This document shows positions 1-14,700 of a stretch of 64,000 bases of DNA, one piece after another. Each line of letters opens with the position of its first letter. The stretch's first letter is position 1. The notes below the pieces were generated by a model that did no database searches, had not been told where the DNA came from, and was given only the letters and a program-made list of their open reading frames with translations. Origin of the DNA: Lama glama (lineage: Eukaryota); assembly GCA_028534125.1 (NCBI GenBank), contig CM052838.1, positions 17,608,001-17,672,000 on the forward strand, given 5' to 3'. The position numbers were made by a program, and so were the translations under genes.

Positions 1-1369
1 CTATGAGTGTATACTGTGAGGTGAGGCCGGGCTTCCCACACAGGGCCCAGCAGTGCACAGGGCCCAGGGTTGGTACAGTGCAGCTGGGGAGCATCAGTGG
101 TCTCTGAAGAGGATGACTGAGTAAAGATAACTGAGAGCCTCTGTGTGCTCCCCTGTGGCAGGCAAGAGCCAGGGAGCCAAGAGCGGTCTCGGCGCAAGGC
201 TGACGTCAGGCTCATGACCCGGAATTCTGCCTTTTCTGTGACTGCCTCCGTGGGTGCCCGCAGCCCCGAGGCGGGGCCGACAGATGCATCCCTAGCCTAG
301 CCAGCAGGGACACTGGGAGTTTGAGCACAGAAGGGGCTGAGAGGGCCCAGAAGTCGTGTGGAGGGCTGTGCATGGGAGTGAGGCCCACAGGCTGAGGCCC
401 CTGCCCTCACCCCCAGAAACATCCAGGGCCTTGAGAACTGCCATCCTTCAGTGGCCTCTCCCTGAGCTGGTACCCACCTGGAGGAGGTCCGGATTTGACC
501 CAGGCTCCTGGGTGTTGGAGGAAGTCCCTGATCTCTCTCCCCTCTCAGACCCAGGATCCCTCCATCAGTGGCCAAGCCACCTTCTAGCCCGAGTAAGGGT
601 GGGTGCTGAGGGGAAGCACACAGACCTTCAAGGAACTCAGGGTCTTTGGGCTCTAAGACCACTGGCAGCCCAAGTTGAAGGCACAGTTCTGACACGGGGT
701 GCAGCCAACCTGAGAAGAGGCAGGCGAGCAGAGCGCTGGGAGATGCTCAGGAAAGGGCCCTGTCCAGATGAGGGATCCAGGTGGGCCCCCTGAGGAGTGT
801 GCACCTGGCCATAATCCTGGGTCTCTGTGTCTTCCTCAGGTGAACTAAATCCTCACCCAGGTACCCATACAGGCCATTTGTTGCCAGCTCGCTTTCTGAG
901 TGCTCGCTGAAGGCCCTGTGACACCCCCTCCAAGAAGTCCTCCCTCTCTGACCTCACACTGAGTTCCATACACCCCACTGAGCATCAGTCCCTTGTGGTT
1001 TCCTGCTAAAACCTTATCTTTCCTGCTAAAGTCTCGGTTCCTGGAGGACAGGAGGCTGGGTTTGCTTCCCTCAATATTCCCGGATCCTATGGCTGAGCAG
1101 GCTGGGCAGCCCAATAGGCAGCGTTCCTCCCGACCAAGCCTAAGAAACACGCTGACCGCTTTCCAATCACTTCTCCGACATGCACGGCCTTTAGATCTTT
1201 ACAGGGTTTTGTCTCATTTCTCATTCTTGGGTGTGAGATGCCCTCATGTGGGTGTGAGGAATGTGGACCCAATGTCACCCAGCTAGCATCTGCACCAAGA
1301 TAAAAGAGAACCCTGACGGTGGCTTTGCTTGCTAAGTTAGTGCCCACCCGTGTCGGCCCAGGGCCATGT

Positions 1370-1555
1370 GCTTCATCTACATCCCTTCATTCAAGACTCC
1401 CAACAGCCCCAGGGGGTGGGTTGGATTGTCATTGCCTTTTGAAAAAGAAAAAACAGAGACTCAAGGAAGTGATGTGACTTGCTCAGGGTCTTCCAGCTGG
1501 GAAATGGCAGAGCTGATCTTAAACTCAGGAGCACCTGACTCCTAAGACTCTGCAT
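1370..1555 (-). mobile_element. MIR SINE fragment
   Basis: aaacagagactcaaggaagtgatgtgacttgctcagggtcttccagctgggaaatggcagagctg matches the reverse of the MIR core (gaaactgaggctcagagaggttaagtgacttgcccaaggtcacacagct). Confidence 0.75.
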
Positions 1556-1625
1556 TTTGGTCCAGGTTTCCTAAAGGTCAATCCATGCCTTTTTCAAGGT
1601 ACTGCCCACAGCACCTGGGTCTTCA

Positions 1626-1940
<315 letters not shown>

Positions 1941-2729
1941 NNNNNNNNNNNNNNNNNNNNNNNNNNNNNNNNNNNNNNNNNNNNNNNNNNNNNNNNNNNN
2001 NNNNNNNNNNNNNNNNNNNNNNNNNNNNNNNNNNNNAGTGGGGGTTGGGGGTCCGGGGGACTCTTTCCTGTGCGGCTGCAGCTGGTCCCAAAGGACCACT
2101 GGCCTCCTGGGCTCACTGTTGCCCTCTGCAGGCCGCACAGGAAAGATGCAGCCTGAGGGGTGTTAACGGGGGTGGGGTGCAGTCACTCCAATGCACAGGC
2201 AGCATTTCCAGGGAGGCAGGCAGGGAACGGGGAAGAGGGTGCAGGGGAGACACATGGGAGAATGGAGGCAGATGAGGATGGAGGCAGGACCCCCTTTCCT
2301 GGAAGCCCTGGCTCCACAGAGACACACCCTCCATCAACAAAGTCTGAAGAGGCCTCAGCTCCCACCCCTCTGCCCACCTGCCCTGCTGTCCCCATCCTGC
2401 AATCCCCTCCTCCATGCCTGGCCTGCACTTCTGCAAGGGAGGGGGTACCCCTCTCCCACATCCCACCCCATCCTTCTGAAGGTCAGGGGAGCAGAGCTGG
2501 GACCTGGGCAGAATCTACAGATGGGATGACTAGGAGGGCACCAGTCCTCAGAGGCCACCGGGGGGACAGAATGATAGAGCCCACTCTTTGGTGAGTAGGG
2601 CCCAGAGAGCAAGAGGGAACCTCTTTCCCCAGAGGCAGACACACATGAGCCACCACCCCACGCAGAACCAACACAAGCACCCAAACAACCTCCCACCCCA
2701 TCCAGCAGCACTGACATGCCTGCATCCTA

Positions 2730-3206
<477 letters not shown>

Positions 3207-3824
3207 TCATAGAGGGGGGAGGTCTTAACTGAGAGCCCAGAGGGGACAGCGCTCAGTCCTGGGAGCTGGGGAGGGCTGAGGCCACGAGGCAGTCTTGGAC
3301 AGAGCAGGGTGGCAAGAGGGGGAATGGGACATCTCTGTGCCACCCCTAGATCCCCGGAGCCCCTTCCTGGGATTCCAGGCCCTCTCCCTCCCTTACTCTT
3401 GAGCCAAGGACTCCCAGCCCCGACACAGTTCTGCTTCCACAACCAGCAGGGCAGAGCTGAACCTCCTGCACCCCATCTAGAGCTGCTTTCCTGAGCCAGG
3501 TCTCTCGGTGTCTTCCAACTTATAAAGATGTGACAGAGAGGGGTCATCGTGAGGAACACAAAGGTAGTCCTTTGAGCCCCACGGGCTTGATGGCCACCAG
3601 AGCACCATCCAGCTGTGCAGCGTCTGATCCGCAGGCCAGCTCCCAGAATGGGGGATTACTATGCCCTGCAGGCAGATGGGAAAACTGAGGGGCCAGGGCT
3701 CCCCACACTTCCCAGTCCAGGAAGCACACGCTGGGATTTACATCTGACCCTACTGTCTGGGTGGAGGGCAGGCAGGGCCGACACGCCCCTTCTGAAGGCT
3801 GCCGCCCCGGGCCGGCCCTGCTCA

Positions 3825-4187
<363 letters not shown>

Positions 4188-4682
4188 TTAATTTCATCTG
4201 GGCATTAACTGTTGGCATAATACACAAGTGATTATAAGTGGGTAACCCCACCTGAAAACAGGCAGCAGAGATGAGAACTTCAGCCTGTGATGGAACGAGG
4301 TGGGCCTGGTCCCGCACCAGGTGGCAGGTGGGAGAGCATCGGACTTCTCAGCCCTCCCACCCCACAGAGTGGCCTGAATGCCCAAAGGTCAGGCCACACA
4401 GAGGCCCTGGGCTGCTGCTCTGTGAGGGCAAAGAGAAGCCCAACCCGCTAGCTCTGGAGGGCGGCAGGATCCCAGTTGTGGGGCTCCCTGGGGCCCGAGA
4501 CCACAGGTAAGTGTAATGGTTCCCTCCAGGGTGGCAAGCAGCCCCGAGCCCTTCACGTGGCTTCGGCAGAGGCTGGAGTGGAGGAAAAGGGCAGGAGTGA
4601 GAGTGGGAGACAGGCCTGACTAGGGGTGTGGAGTTTAAGGCTCAAGCTTTTGCTGAAATCTAACCCAGGCTACCCAGGGTCA

Positions 4683-5177
<495 letters not shown>

Positions 5178-8100
5178 TCAGAGGCTGCAGACATAGGCTC
5201 AGACGAGGCGTACCCCATCGCCCACCGCCATACTTTGTAGCTCCCAGCCAAACCCAGGTGACCCCATTCTCCATCAGTTCTGGGTCTCCTGGGCCTGGCA
5301 CGGTGTCCAGTGCAGAACAAGTGCACCTTGAATGGGGACAGACTGAAAGTGACCACCTCTGCTCCCATCACTGCAGAGGTGGCTGTCTGCCTCCCCTTAG
5401 GCCAAGTCCACAGGCCTGGCTACAGAGGAAGAGAGACCTGTAGGCTCAGTCTAAGCTCTGCCTTCAACCAGGCTCTGACTGTAGGTGGCTTTCCAGAAAG
5501 AGCTCTGGTTCCCCTGTACAAGGTCCCCAGCAAAACTTCCTGATTCCTTCTCAGAAAAGGTCGGAAGGGCCTCAGTCCGAGTCTTGGCTCTTTCTCCTTC
5601 ACCCCAACCCCTCACGATGAGCTGGTCACCCCACCCAGCGGACTTGGCCTTTGGAACGAGCTTCCTCATGTCACTTCTTCTTCCCAGATCACAGGTACCT
5701 GTCTACCTGCTGTACTTCCACCCCAATCTGCACATCCCTGCCAAGCAAATCTCCCTGAAACACCTAAGCCACTCAGCACAACTAAAGACCTTATTCAATG
5801 GCATCTAGTGTTTACAAGGCAAGTCCAAATTCATGCTGCAGGATGATTTACCCCATTGGCTAATCCCACCCTCCACCCTATCCAGCTTCCCATCCTGGCT
5901 CCCGCCCCTCTGGGAGCCCCACCCCAGCGGTTCCCCCATCTCCCCAGTCTTCTTTCTAGTTCCAACAGTACCTACCTTCTTTGATAACATCTCCTGAGGA
6001 GCCCCCAAACATCAGAAGCAAAGCCCGATGCCTCGCCCTGCACACCACAACTGCTCAATAATGGCTTCCTGTTGGTCGCCATGGTACAGATGGAGAGTGA
6101 GAGGGGCAGGGACACAAGCTTAAGGAACCTACCAGGGGTCTCAGCCCCCAGGAGTGCTGAGCTGAGGCTACCTCTCCCCTAGAGCGGGTCCTACATTGGC
6201 TCTCTGGAACCTCTTACTGAGAGAAAATCCCAGACACGGCCCCAGGAAGAGCAGGAAAGCAAAGCGCCCACATCTGTGTACCACCTCTGTCCACAGCATC
6301 CCCACAGGGGCGAAGCCCACAAGGCAGCGCTGCTGGGTACCTGGGGAGCAGGGATAGGTGGGGGGAAGGGGGTCTGGAGGAGGGTGGCTTGGTAGGAAAG
6401 CACCTCACGCCTCTGACTTTTGCCTTCATCACAGGAAATCAGCAGAAGGCAAAAGCTCTCATTTATGCCTAGAGAACTGTTCCCTAGCCGGGCAGCCAGC
6501 CCAGGCCCTGGAGGCCGGGGCGACTAGGGGCAGAAGTGCTGGGAGCCAGCCCAGAGCTCCGACTTCCAGGAGGGAGGCACAGTCCTGCATGACAGCTGGG
6601 CAGAGTGGAGCCGGGGGTCTGAGTCTTGTGCCCTGCTCCTTGCTGGGGGGCAGTCGGTAGTGTTGGTCAAGTCAGGCCAGGAGGGCAGGACCACATCACT
6701 GACTGCTCCTGCTGGCTGTCCCCTTGCCTGGACACCCTCTCTGCTTGGCCAGCCCTTGACTTCCTTCTTGTCTCTGCTCAGGATGGGTCTGCCCTGACCC
6801 GCAGAAGAGCAACCCCATGCCTACTCCCTTTTCCTCTTACTCTGGCTTTTGTTTTGGTCCCCTGGGTACAAGTTCTGACCTCTCCCTCCCTGGGTCAGGG
6901 CCCTGGTACAAGCTCCTGAGCCTGTCTGCACTCAGTCTCCCCCTCTGTCAAATGGGCATAAGAACAGCACACACCCCACCACCACTCTACTCTCAGTGTC
7001 TTCCAACTGCAGGTCATGACACATGAGTGGGTCGTGACACTGAACTAGCATGAGGGGGAAAAAGAGGGGATAAAAAAAGAAAGTAATCAAGTGTGAGCAC
7101 AGTGTAAGGATGCATATCATCCCTTGAACAGACTTCTTGATTTTATATACGAGCATGTGTATGCCCTGGGTCATGGGGTAACGTGCGCATTTAATGAGGG
7201 TCTCAGGCAGGTAAGTCTGAACAACATGGGCCTTGGTAGCCTAAGTCTGATGGGGCTTAAAGAGGAGACTGCAGACAAAAAGGCTTTCTTAAGTGGGAAG
7301 TGACACAGGCTTTAGCATTACTCATGATTTCTGGTCGGGGGGCAGGGGGTGGGGAACAGGAGGCCTAGAAATAGGGGGAGAGGAGCTGTCCTTAGGGAAC
7401 CAGCCCTCCTGCCCACCCCCCGCCTCTGCTGCCTCTGCAGGCCAGATGTGATGTGGGCCAGCGGAAAGGGGGCGAGGCCCAGATGTAATTCACCCAGGCC
7501 AAAGGTGACCGACAGCTCACACTCTCTGCATCTGGGGAGGCTGCCGGGGGACCTAGGAGCCCAGAGAGCCCGGGCGGGTGGGGCAGAGGAGCTCAGGAAA
7601 ACAAGCAGCGCCTGCTCTCCCAGGAGGTCACTGGGGACCAGGGGGCACCACGTGGTCCCAGGGCTGGAACACCAGAGTCTTACAGGGAGGCCCTGCAGGC
7701 TAGGGTTTTAAACAACGAAGAGGAGACCCTGGCCACCTGCTGTCTTGCGGGGCTCTCACCACAGGTGGACCTTGATTGAGTACAGGACCCCAGCGACTGA
7801 GCAGAGCACGGGCCTCTCTCCCCAGAACTCCTGCCCCACAGGCTCCCACCAACCCTTCACGATGAGGTCTGGCTCTGACCGAGGTTCATGTCCTTTCAGA
7901 ACACGCTGGGCTGGCTCAGGAAGTGAACCACCCCCGGGAGCCCCCGGAGCCTGCCGGGGCCCCGCAGCTGCTGCTTCACCACCTCAGGCGGGGAGGCCCC
8001 GGCTCACCGGGATCCAGGCCCGCCAGCAAGCTCCCAACTGCCCTGCAGCTCGTGGGTGGGCCTTGTGGGCGGAAACCGGCTCCTTCCTGTTTTGTCCCCT

Positions 8101-8999
8101 CCACCCCAAGCTCAGTGAGAAGCAAACTCAACCAAGGTTCCCAAACTGGGCATCCCGCCGTCTGGCTGGAAGGTTCACCCCAGAGCCCAGATGTACACCC
8201 GGCGTGCACGCGTGTAGGTGGGGGACATGTATGTGTGCATGCACATGGGCCCTGCTGGCATGGTGCTGTGCACACGCGGGGGAGGAGACAGGCACACGCA
8301 TGGAGGGGTGGTCTCGGGGACGTGCTCGCCCCCACTCGCACCTGCTGCAGAAGCAGAAGTGGCAGCCGTACCGACATGGCTGTGACTCATCTCCTGGGGA
8401 GATGGCTCCTGCTGGCGCAGCGAAGGCGCTCGCCCCCACAGGCCCACGGTGGCAGTCAGCCCTGCCAACGCCTCTGCCCAGACTCAGACACTGCCACTGG
8501 CGGGGGAGTGGGGGAGGCTGCCTGACTCCCAGTGCCCAAGGATCAAGGACGAGCCAGGATCCTGGGTCCTACGAGGGTGGGAAGGGGCCCAGGGTGATGA
8601 AGAGAAGACCTAGGAGGCCTTGGGGGAGCCCTGAGGCTGTGTCCCTCCTCTACAAGTGCTATTTAACCAGCAGACATGCTCAGCCAGGTCAGAGGTCCTT
8701 GGGCTGAGGAATTTCAGGGTCTCCCACTGGGAGCCACTTCCCTCCTGTCCATACAGTCGCAGTTCAGAGGGAGGCCAGCTCCCCTGGGATCTGAGAATTC
8801 CACCTTTAGTAGTTCTGCCCAGCTCTGCACACCCCCAATCCAGCATGGCCTGGTCTTACGCAACAAGCCACCCCCAGCCACAGACCTATCCAGCCAACCC
8901 TGCCCTAAGAATCCTGCTCCACCTACAGAGGCACCAGTGCCAGAGGCCACTTGGAATCTCAGCAATGTTCTACCGGCCAAGCGACTCCTAACACAGCAG

Positions 9000-9450
9000 C
9001 AGCTGCTTCCCTGCCTCTGTGCCTCTTCTCAGCCTGGACGCTTTGTCCCCACCCTGAAAAACACCACTCATCCTTTCCAGGCTCCTCCTCCAAAGGCCAC
9101 CTCTTCCAGGAAGCCCCTGTCACGTCCACGGGCCTGATCTCCACTTGCTCCTGGGGGCGAGTCGGGGCCTGAGTGAGAGTCCTTCTGCCTTGGGAGCCCC
9201 GAGTTTTCAGGCTACCTGTGCCTGGCGTGATGTCTTCACACACCTGCAGGGCTCAGGAAGCCTCTGCTAACCAAAGTGCTGGAAAGAAACACCACCTCTC
9301 TGGGCTGGCACAGTCAGAGGGGCACCTGAGAAAGAATGAATGAATGAATGCATTCATTCATTAAGCCTGATTACTGATCACCTACAGTGTGCTTGTGACC
9401 TCATGGGCACTGACACCCAGGAAGTGAAAGGTCCTGCCCTCCAGGGAGGG
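9000..9450. mobile_element. Two degraded L2 LINE 3' ends in tail-to-tail orientation
   Basis: cacctcttccaggaagcc...ggcacag...gaatgaatgaatg (plus-strand L2 end) abutting cattcattcatt...cacctac..tgtgc (minus-strand L2 end). Confidence 0.55.
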
Positions 9451-10159
9451 GACAGAGGAAAGCTAATGAGGGAGCTACTCACTCTCACTATGCCTCAGTG
9501 TCCCTGAGACCATCCCTCGCCCCACACAGGGATGATGACAGCCCCTCTTAGAAGGTGGTCATAAGGATTAAGTGAGCTCACATGAGCAGGGCAAGATGAC
9601 CATGCCAGCACACTCCGGGCGCCCTAAAACTGCTGGCTACTGTGATTCGCATGATTTATCGAGTGGCTTCTGTATTGGAAGAAACTACATGTAATTCACC
9701 CAAGAACTCATGTGATCCTTTGAAGTGGGCTGAACAGACACATCTCTTAAGATCCGAGGTTCCCAGGCTCTCAGAACTAGTCAAGGGCAAGGTTGCCAGG
9801 TGGACCTGACCACATCTCACTGCCTTGGGGAGCTCAAGATCTGGTAAGGTGGCATTTCCTTGTACAAAGATGACGACACACAAGGGAGCACACGTTACAA
9901 AGGTGATCTACAAGTGCATGAGAATTCCAAGAAGGGGCATAGCTCTCCAAGGGCTCTTGGGAAATCGCCTTTGGGAAGCCACCCAACATGGAGATGTAAC
10001 GTTTGGCTTCAAAGACTGGCTGCAGACGAAACTCATATAGTGTCCCACATTATACATCAAATCACTAGCTTTGGCCTGGGACTGAGTATGCTGGCAAATA
10101 TTCAAGGACTCTGACTAAACGTTCTTTTAGCTAATATTCAAATGGCAGAAGGAGTCCTT

Positions 10160-10465
10160 GCAGCACAGTGGTTAGCTATCTGGGCTGTGAATTTAAGATT
10201 CTTTAGGGTCAAACCTTGGCTCTGGTCGGCCTCTGCTGGTTTCTATGACCTGAGACGTGTTATTGAAGTCAGCCTCAACGTTCACACTGTAAAGTGGGAC
10301 CTTAATACTCTCTCAACATATTGATCACCCACTTTGGATCAGGCGCCACGGGGAAACACAACTGTCACCCAGATTTGGGTGACATGCTGATCAACGTGTT
10401 AGGATGAAACATAAAAATACAGATGAAGTTTAGCACAGTGCCTGGCAAATAGTCCCTGCTCAACT
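10160..10465 (+). mobile_element. MIR SINE (degraded, interrupted)
   Basis: cagcacagtggttag...ctgtaaagtgggac...tagcacagtgcctggcaaatagt...gctcaa resembles MIR 5' end, core and 3' end. Confidence 0.65.
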
Positions 10466-11659
10466 GTACCTGTATTTTTTTCCTCCATTTCTCCAGCTCA
10501 ACTCGGGTGAAGGTACCCATATTTACTTGATGATATAGTGATGGTGCTTAGAAATTCTGCAGATAGGCCATCAACAGGAGGAGGTGTTACTATCATTCTT
10601 GCTGGTTAAATGGATTTTCCAAGCCTCCGAGGCTTTCCTCAGTGTTCCTCTGCCTTCCTTTCTCTAGCTAGTAAACTCCTATCTATACTTCAAAGCCCAG
10701 CCTGGATGTTCCCTTTTGCAACTCTCCCTAGAAGAACCAAGGGCATTTTTCTCTGTTCCCTCACCACTTTTTTCCATATATTTTATAAAGAGCTCTTCAT
10801 ACTGCAGTTATAGTAGATAGTTTACATGTCTGTTTGCCGGCCCCATGGGACTGACTGACGTTTGCTAAATATGAGGACAGGAGTAAAGAGGGAGCGATGA
10901 TTCCTGGTTCCTGGGACACCTCCTGTGAAACTGTCTACACACACATTTATGGAGGGAAGAGGAGGGGAGGGCTGAGTTATTTCTTCCCTTGCACTTCTAA
11001 CAGCCACTTTATTTGGGAGAAATAACAAATTCTTATTAAGGGTATTGTCAGACCCTAATTAATTTCCCTGATCTGGCTATATTGGTCCTGTCTCCATGCA
11101 AGGCTGTAGCATTACCACTAATGAAACACCAAGCCAGTGAGGAGCTGCAGCTCCCACCCTTTTTAATTTAGGGGGACCATTAACAGCGCTCTCCATCATT
11201 ACAATTACTGGGGACCGCTTCCTTCCCTCCCTGCGGTGAAACTCAGAGAGAAACTTGTACAGCTAACTGCATATTAGAGGGTTTTAAATTTTTTCAATAG
11301 GAAAGAGGAAAGGAAAAGATCTTTGCATCCTGGCAATCTGGAACTCATGGAGCAGGATTTATAGATCCCTCAATCTCCCTTTCATTGCTTTTTTTTCCTG
11401 GGGCAAGAAGAGGGGTCTATTACAAACTGAGCATTTGGTTTGGCTGTGCAAAAAAGAGCTAAAAATGAAAGCAGGGAAGATGGTGTGATGGGACCATGGA
11501 AAGAAGAAGATCGGGGGTCAGTTGTGCTTGATCCCTTCTTTGCTGGCTGACCGTTAACAAGCACATCAGAGTCTGATGGCACAAGGCTGAAGGTTTGGAG
11601 AATAATGACTGGTCCATGGGGCTCCCTGTGTGCCAGGCCTGGCACCAAAAGTCCTGCAC

Positions 11660-11790
11660 TGCTGTTATTTCACCTCCCCACATGAGGAAACTGAGGCACA
11701 GAGGGGTTAAAGAACTGCCTAAAGTTACCCAGCTAGAAGATGGCAGAGCTGAAACTCAATGGCCGGCAGCTCTAAAGTCCAGAGCCTGTA
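11660..11790 (-). mobile_element. MIR SINE fragment
   Basis: atgaggaaactgaggcacagaggggttaaagaactgcctaaagttacccagctagaagatggcagagctg. Confidence 0.8.
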
Positions 11791-14700
11791 CCTCTGCCTG
11801 CTGCATAGAGGGGAGCCCCAGAGCCCTGCCCAGGATGGGAGGGGAGATCCATGACCCTGCCCAGGATGGGAGGGGAGCCCCAGGGCCCCACAGGATTCAA
11901 ATAGAGCATAGGGCTCCACCCAGAACCTCTCCTCTGGGGGCTGCAAATCCTTCACCTGGAAGAGGAAGGGAGGGAAGCTTCCCAGCTCTAGCCGACTATG
12001 ATTATAATCAAATTAAGAGTGTAAACAAGATTTATTAGGCTTTCAATTACCTTTGTGGCACTGATTTGCATACAGACAATGTACTAACCACAAATGGCTT
12101 TTTTAGCCACTCATTAAAAATCCGGGAGGAGGCAGAAATGTTTGTTGGCATCAAGTTTGGGTCACTGCAGGGACAATGAAGGGGTCCTGCTGCCTGGGTG
12201 CAGGCCCCAGTCCCCTTCCTACCCTGGGGTGGCCTCTTCCAGCCTCCGTTCTCCAGCATAGTGCTCTGCGGGCCTCTGTAAAGTGGGGAGGTCAGGACCA
12301 GACAGGGAGCGAGCCCACATGCTGCTCCACGAACCACAGAGCTCTAGCCAAACATGCAAGTACCCAGGGCTACTCCTGACCACCAGCACCCTCAGAAACT
12401 GGCTCAAGGGGTCACGAGCTTCTCCTCACAGACTGATGCTGTGGTCCTGACCTCCACGGCCTGAAACAGACATGACCTCAACGCCTTAATTACAGAAACA
12501 TGACAGTCACAGGGAGACAGCCTGGGGCTTCAAGCATCCAGGCTCCCTCACTCTCTCTTGTTTGCTTGTCCTCAGAGCCTCAGACAAGGACCCCAGAGTC
12601 TTCGATCAGTGCATACCTCTGAGCACCCAATCCTGAACACGCAGGGTCCCTAGGCTTACCCATTGCCCAAGGTCTCCTTAATGAAAAGGCAAGAGGACTG
12701 TCCTTCCTCCAAGTCATTCACAGCACAGCTGTGGAGGAGGGTGGGCAGAAGCGTTTCCTGTCTGTGACATTACTTGGCTTTCTCCTCCACTGTCCTTCCT
12801 TCTTGTTCGGGAAATTACATAGGGACTTAAAAGGCGATACACCTCACTAGTTTCTCTGGAAATGAGGGGGCTTTGGGAAATTCAGGAAGTTACGGGTAGA
12901 GAGCAGCTGATCTCGAATCTCAGGCCACAGTGTGCCCTGGGAACAGCCCTGGGCTGAAGGGACATGGGTTGGGCCTTGTTCAACAGATGACACTTTCCAG
13001 TCTCAACTGCCCACCTATAAATCAGGAAATGGGGTGAGGTGTGGATCAGAATCGGGTTAACGACCAGATACCACGTCACTGGTCCTGAATGGCCAGTGGC
13101 AGGGTGAAGGGGAGACACAGTGTGTTTTAGTGCCCCGCCCCTTCCTGGCTGTGTGTTCTTGGGCAAGTCACTGTCCCACTCGGGGCGTTTCCCTTCCAGT
13201 TCTGCCATCTGGGTGTAGGGTATTGTTCAGAATGCCTGCCACCTCGCTGTGCTCTGTGAGGAGGCTGAGTTCCATGGAACCGATGGGTCACTTGTCAATA
13301 CTTAGTGAGTCTTCCAGAACATACAGCCCTCCCTTCTCTGAGAAGCTGCCTGCTTTGCACTCTCCAGCACTCCACGGTAGTGTACAGGGGCTGAACCAGG
13401 GGTAGTGGCAGGGCACTGTGTACCAGCTGGTGGCTCTTCAGCCCATAGCATTTCTTGCGAAAGCCAGTTTAAACTCATAGACTGCCACCTGCCCAATTCC
13501 CAGCCCAAGTCCTTTAAGGTCAAGACCCACATCCTCTGGCTCAGAAGCCTTTTGACTGTTTCAGCCTGGCCATCTTCCTCCTAATGAATCCCAAAGCCAA
13601 CCTGCCTGTCGCCTAAACCTGCCTCAGTCTGCCTGCTCCCACCTTTGCCTCACTGAGTCTTATCTCCTCAGCCAGTGAGAGTCGGCTCCTGGAGCAGAGA
13701 TGCCGTTTATCTGTTTCACCCCAGGGCTCGACAGTCTCATGCCTTCAGTTCAACTCAGCAAAGACCTGGCCAAGGGTTGGCTGTGGTCATGGCCAAGCAG
13801 GTCTGGGGCAGGTCTCTGGAGGGTGCTGGCCTGCCATCAGCAACAGCTTTACTGAAATGACTTGGAGGAGGGGTGGCTGGGAAGGACATGAGATGGGGGA
13901 TGACGAGAGGCAGGATGATTCTCGCAGGATGGAGGGTTAAGGAGGTAAAAGGTGACATGGGTAAACGCACAGTATGTAGCTTGGGTTGCAGTCAGCCGCA
14001 GCCTGTGCTCAGCGGCTGGGCAGCAGTTCAGCTGGAGAAGACCTGTGGCTTTCAGCAGAGCCAGGGACAAGGTGGGGAAGGTGGACGGAGGAGAACTTTG
14101 CCTTTCTAGAGTAGTGGTTCCTAACCGCAGGTGACACTTCCGATAAATGTGTGAGAGTCCTTTAGCAATGCCAGGGGTCACTAGAAGAATTGAGTGGTCA
14201 GAAACCAAGACATGACTTGCCCTGCAAAGCCCTGCACCATAAAAAAACTACCCTGGCCCAAAAGCCAGCATTACTCCACCCAGAAACACCCACAGAAGGG
14301 GTTTGTTCTAAGCGTCAGAGCTGTCATAGTCCTGACGGAGGGCGTAACGAGGCAGTGACCCTGAGGAGTGGCAGGGGGCTTGCTGTGGTGCAAAGTGTGG
14401 TGCTTCTGACCCAGGCAGGGAATCAACCACATGTCGGGGGCCATCCTGCCTGGGCAGGTACTGGATCCAAGGAACTCTAAGTTCCCTTCTGGCTCCAAAA
14501 ATCAACTGCCTCTAATTCAATTTCTAAAGCCTAGCCAGCAACTGACTTCCTGCGCCTCGATGGTGTGACCCAGGTCTCCTGCAGTGTGCTCTGGGTCAGG
14601 CTGGGTAATGGGAGTGGAGCTGTGACTGTAAATGCCCCTCCCAGTCATCCGTGGAGACGCACAGGGAGAGCAGACAGCATGACAGGCCCTGCTGTTCCAG

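Noticed and set aside
7745-8707. 320-aa plus-strand ORF
   Set aside because: Non-ATG start, composition typical of GC-rich noise, no recognisable domain, and antisense within a ZMIZ1 intron
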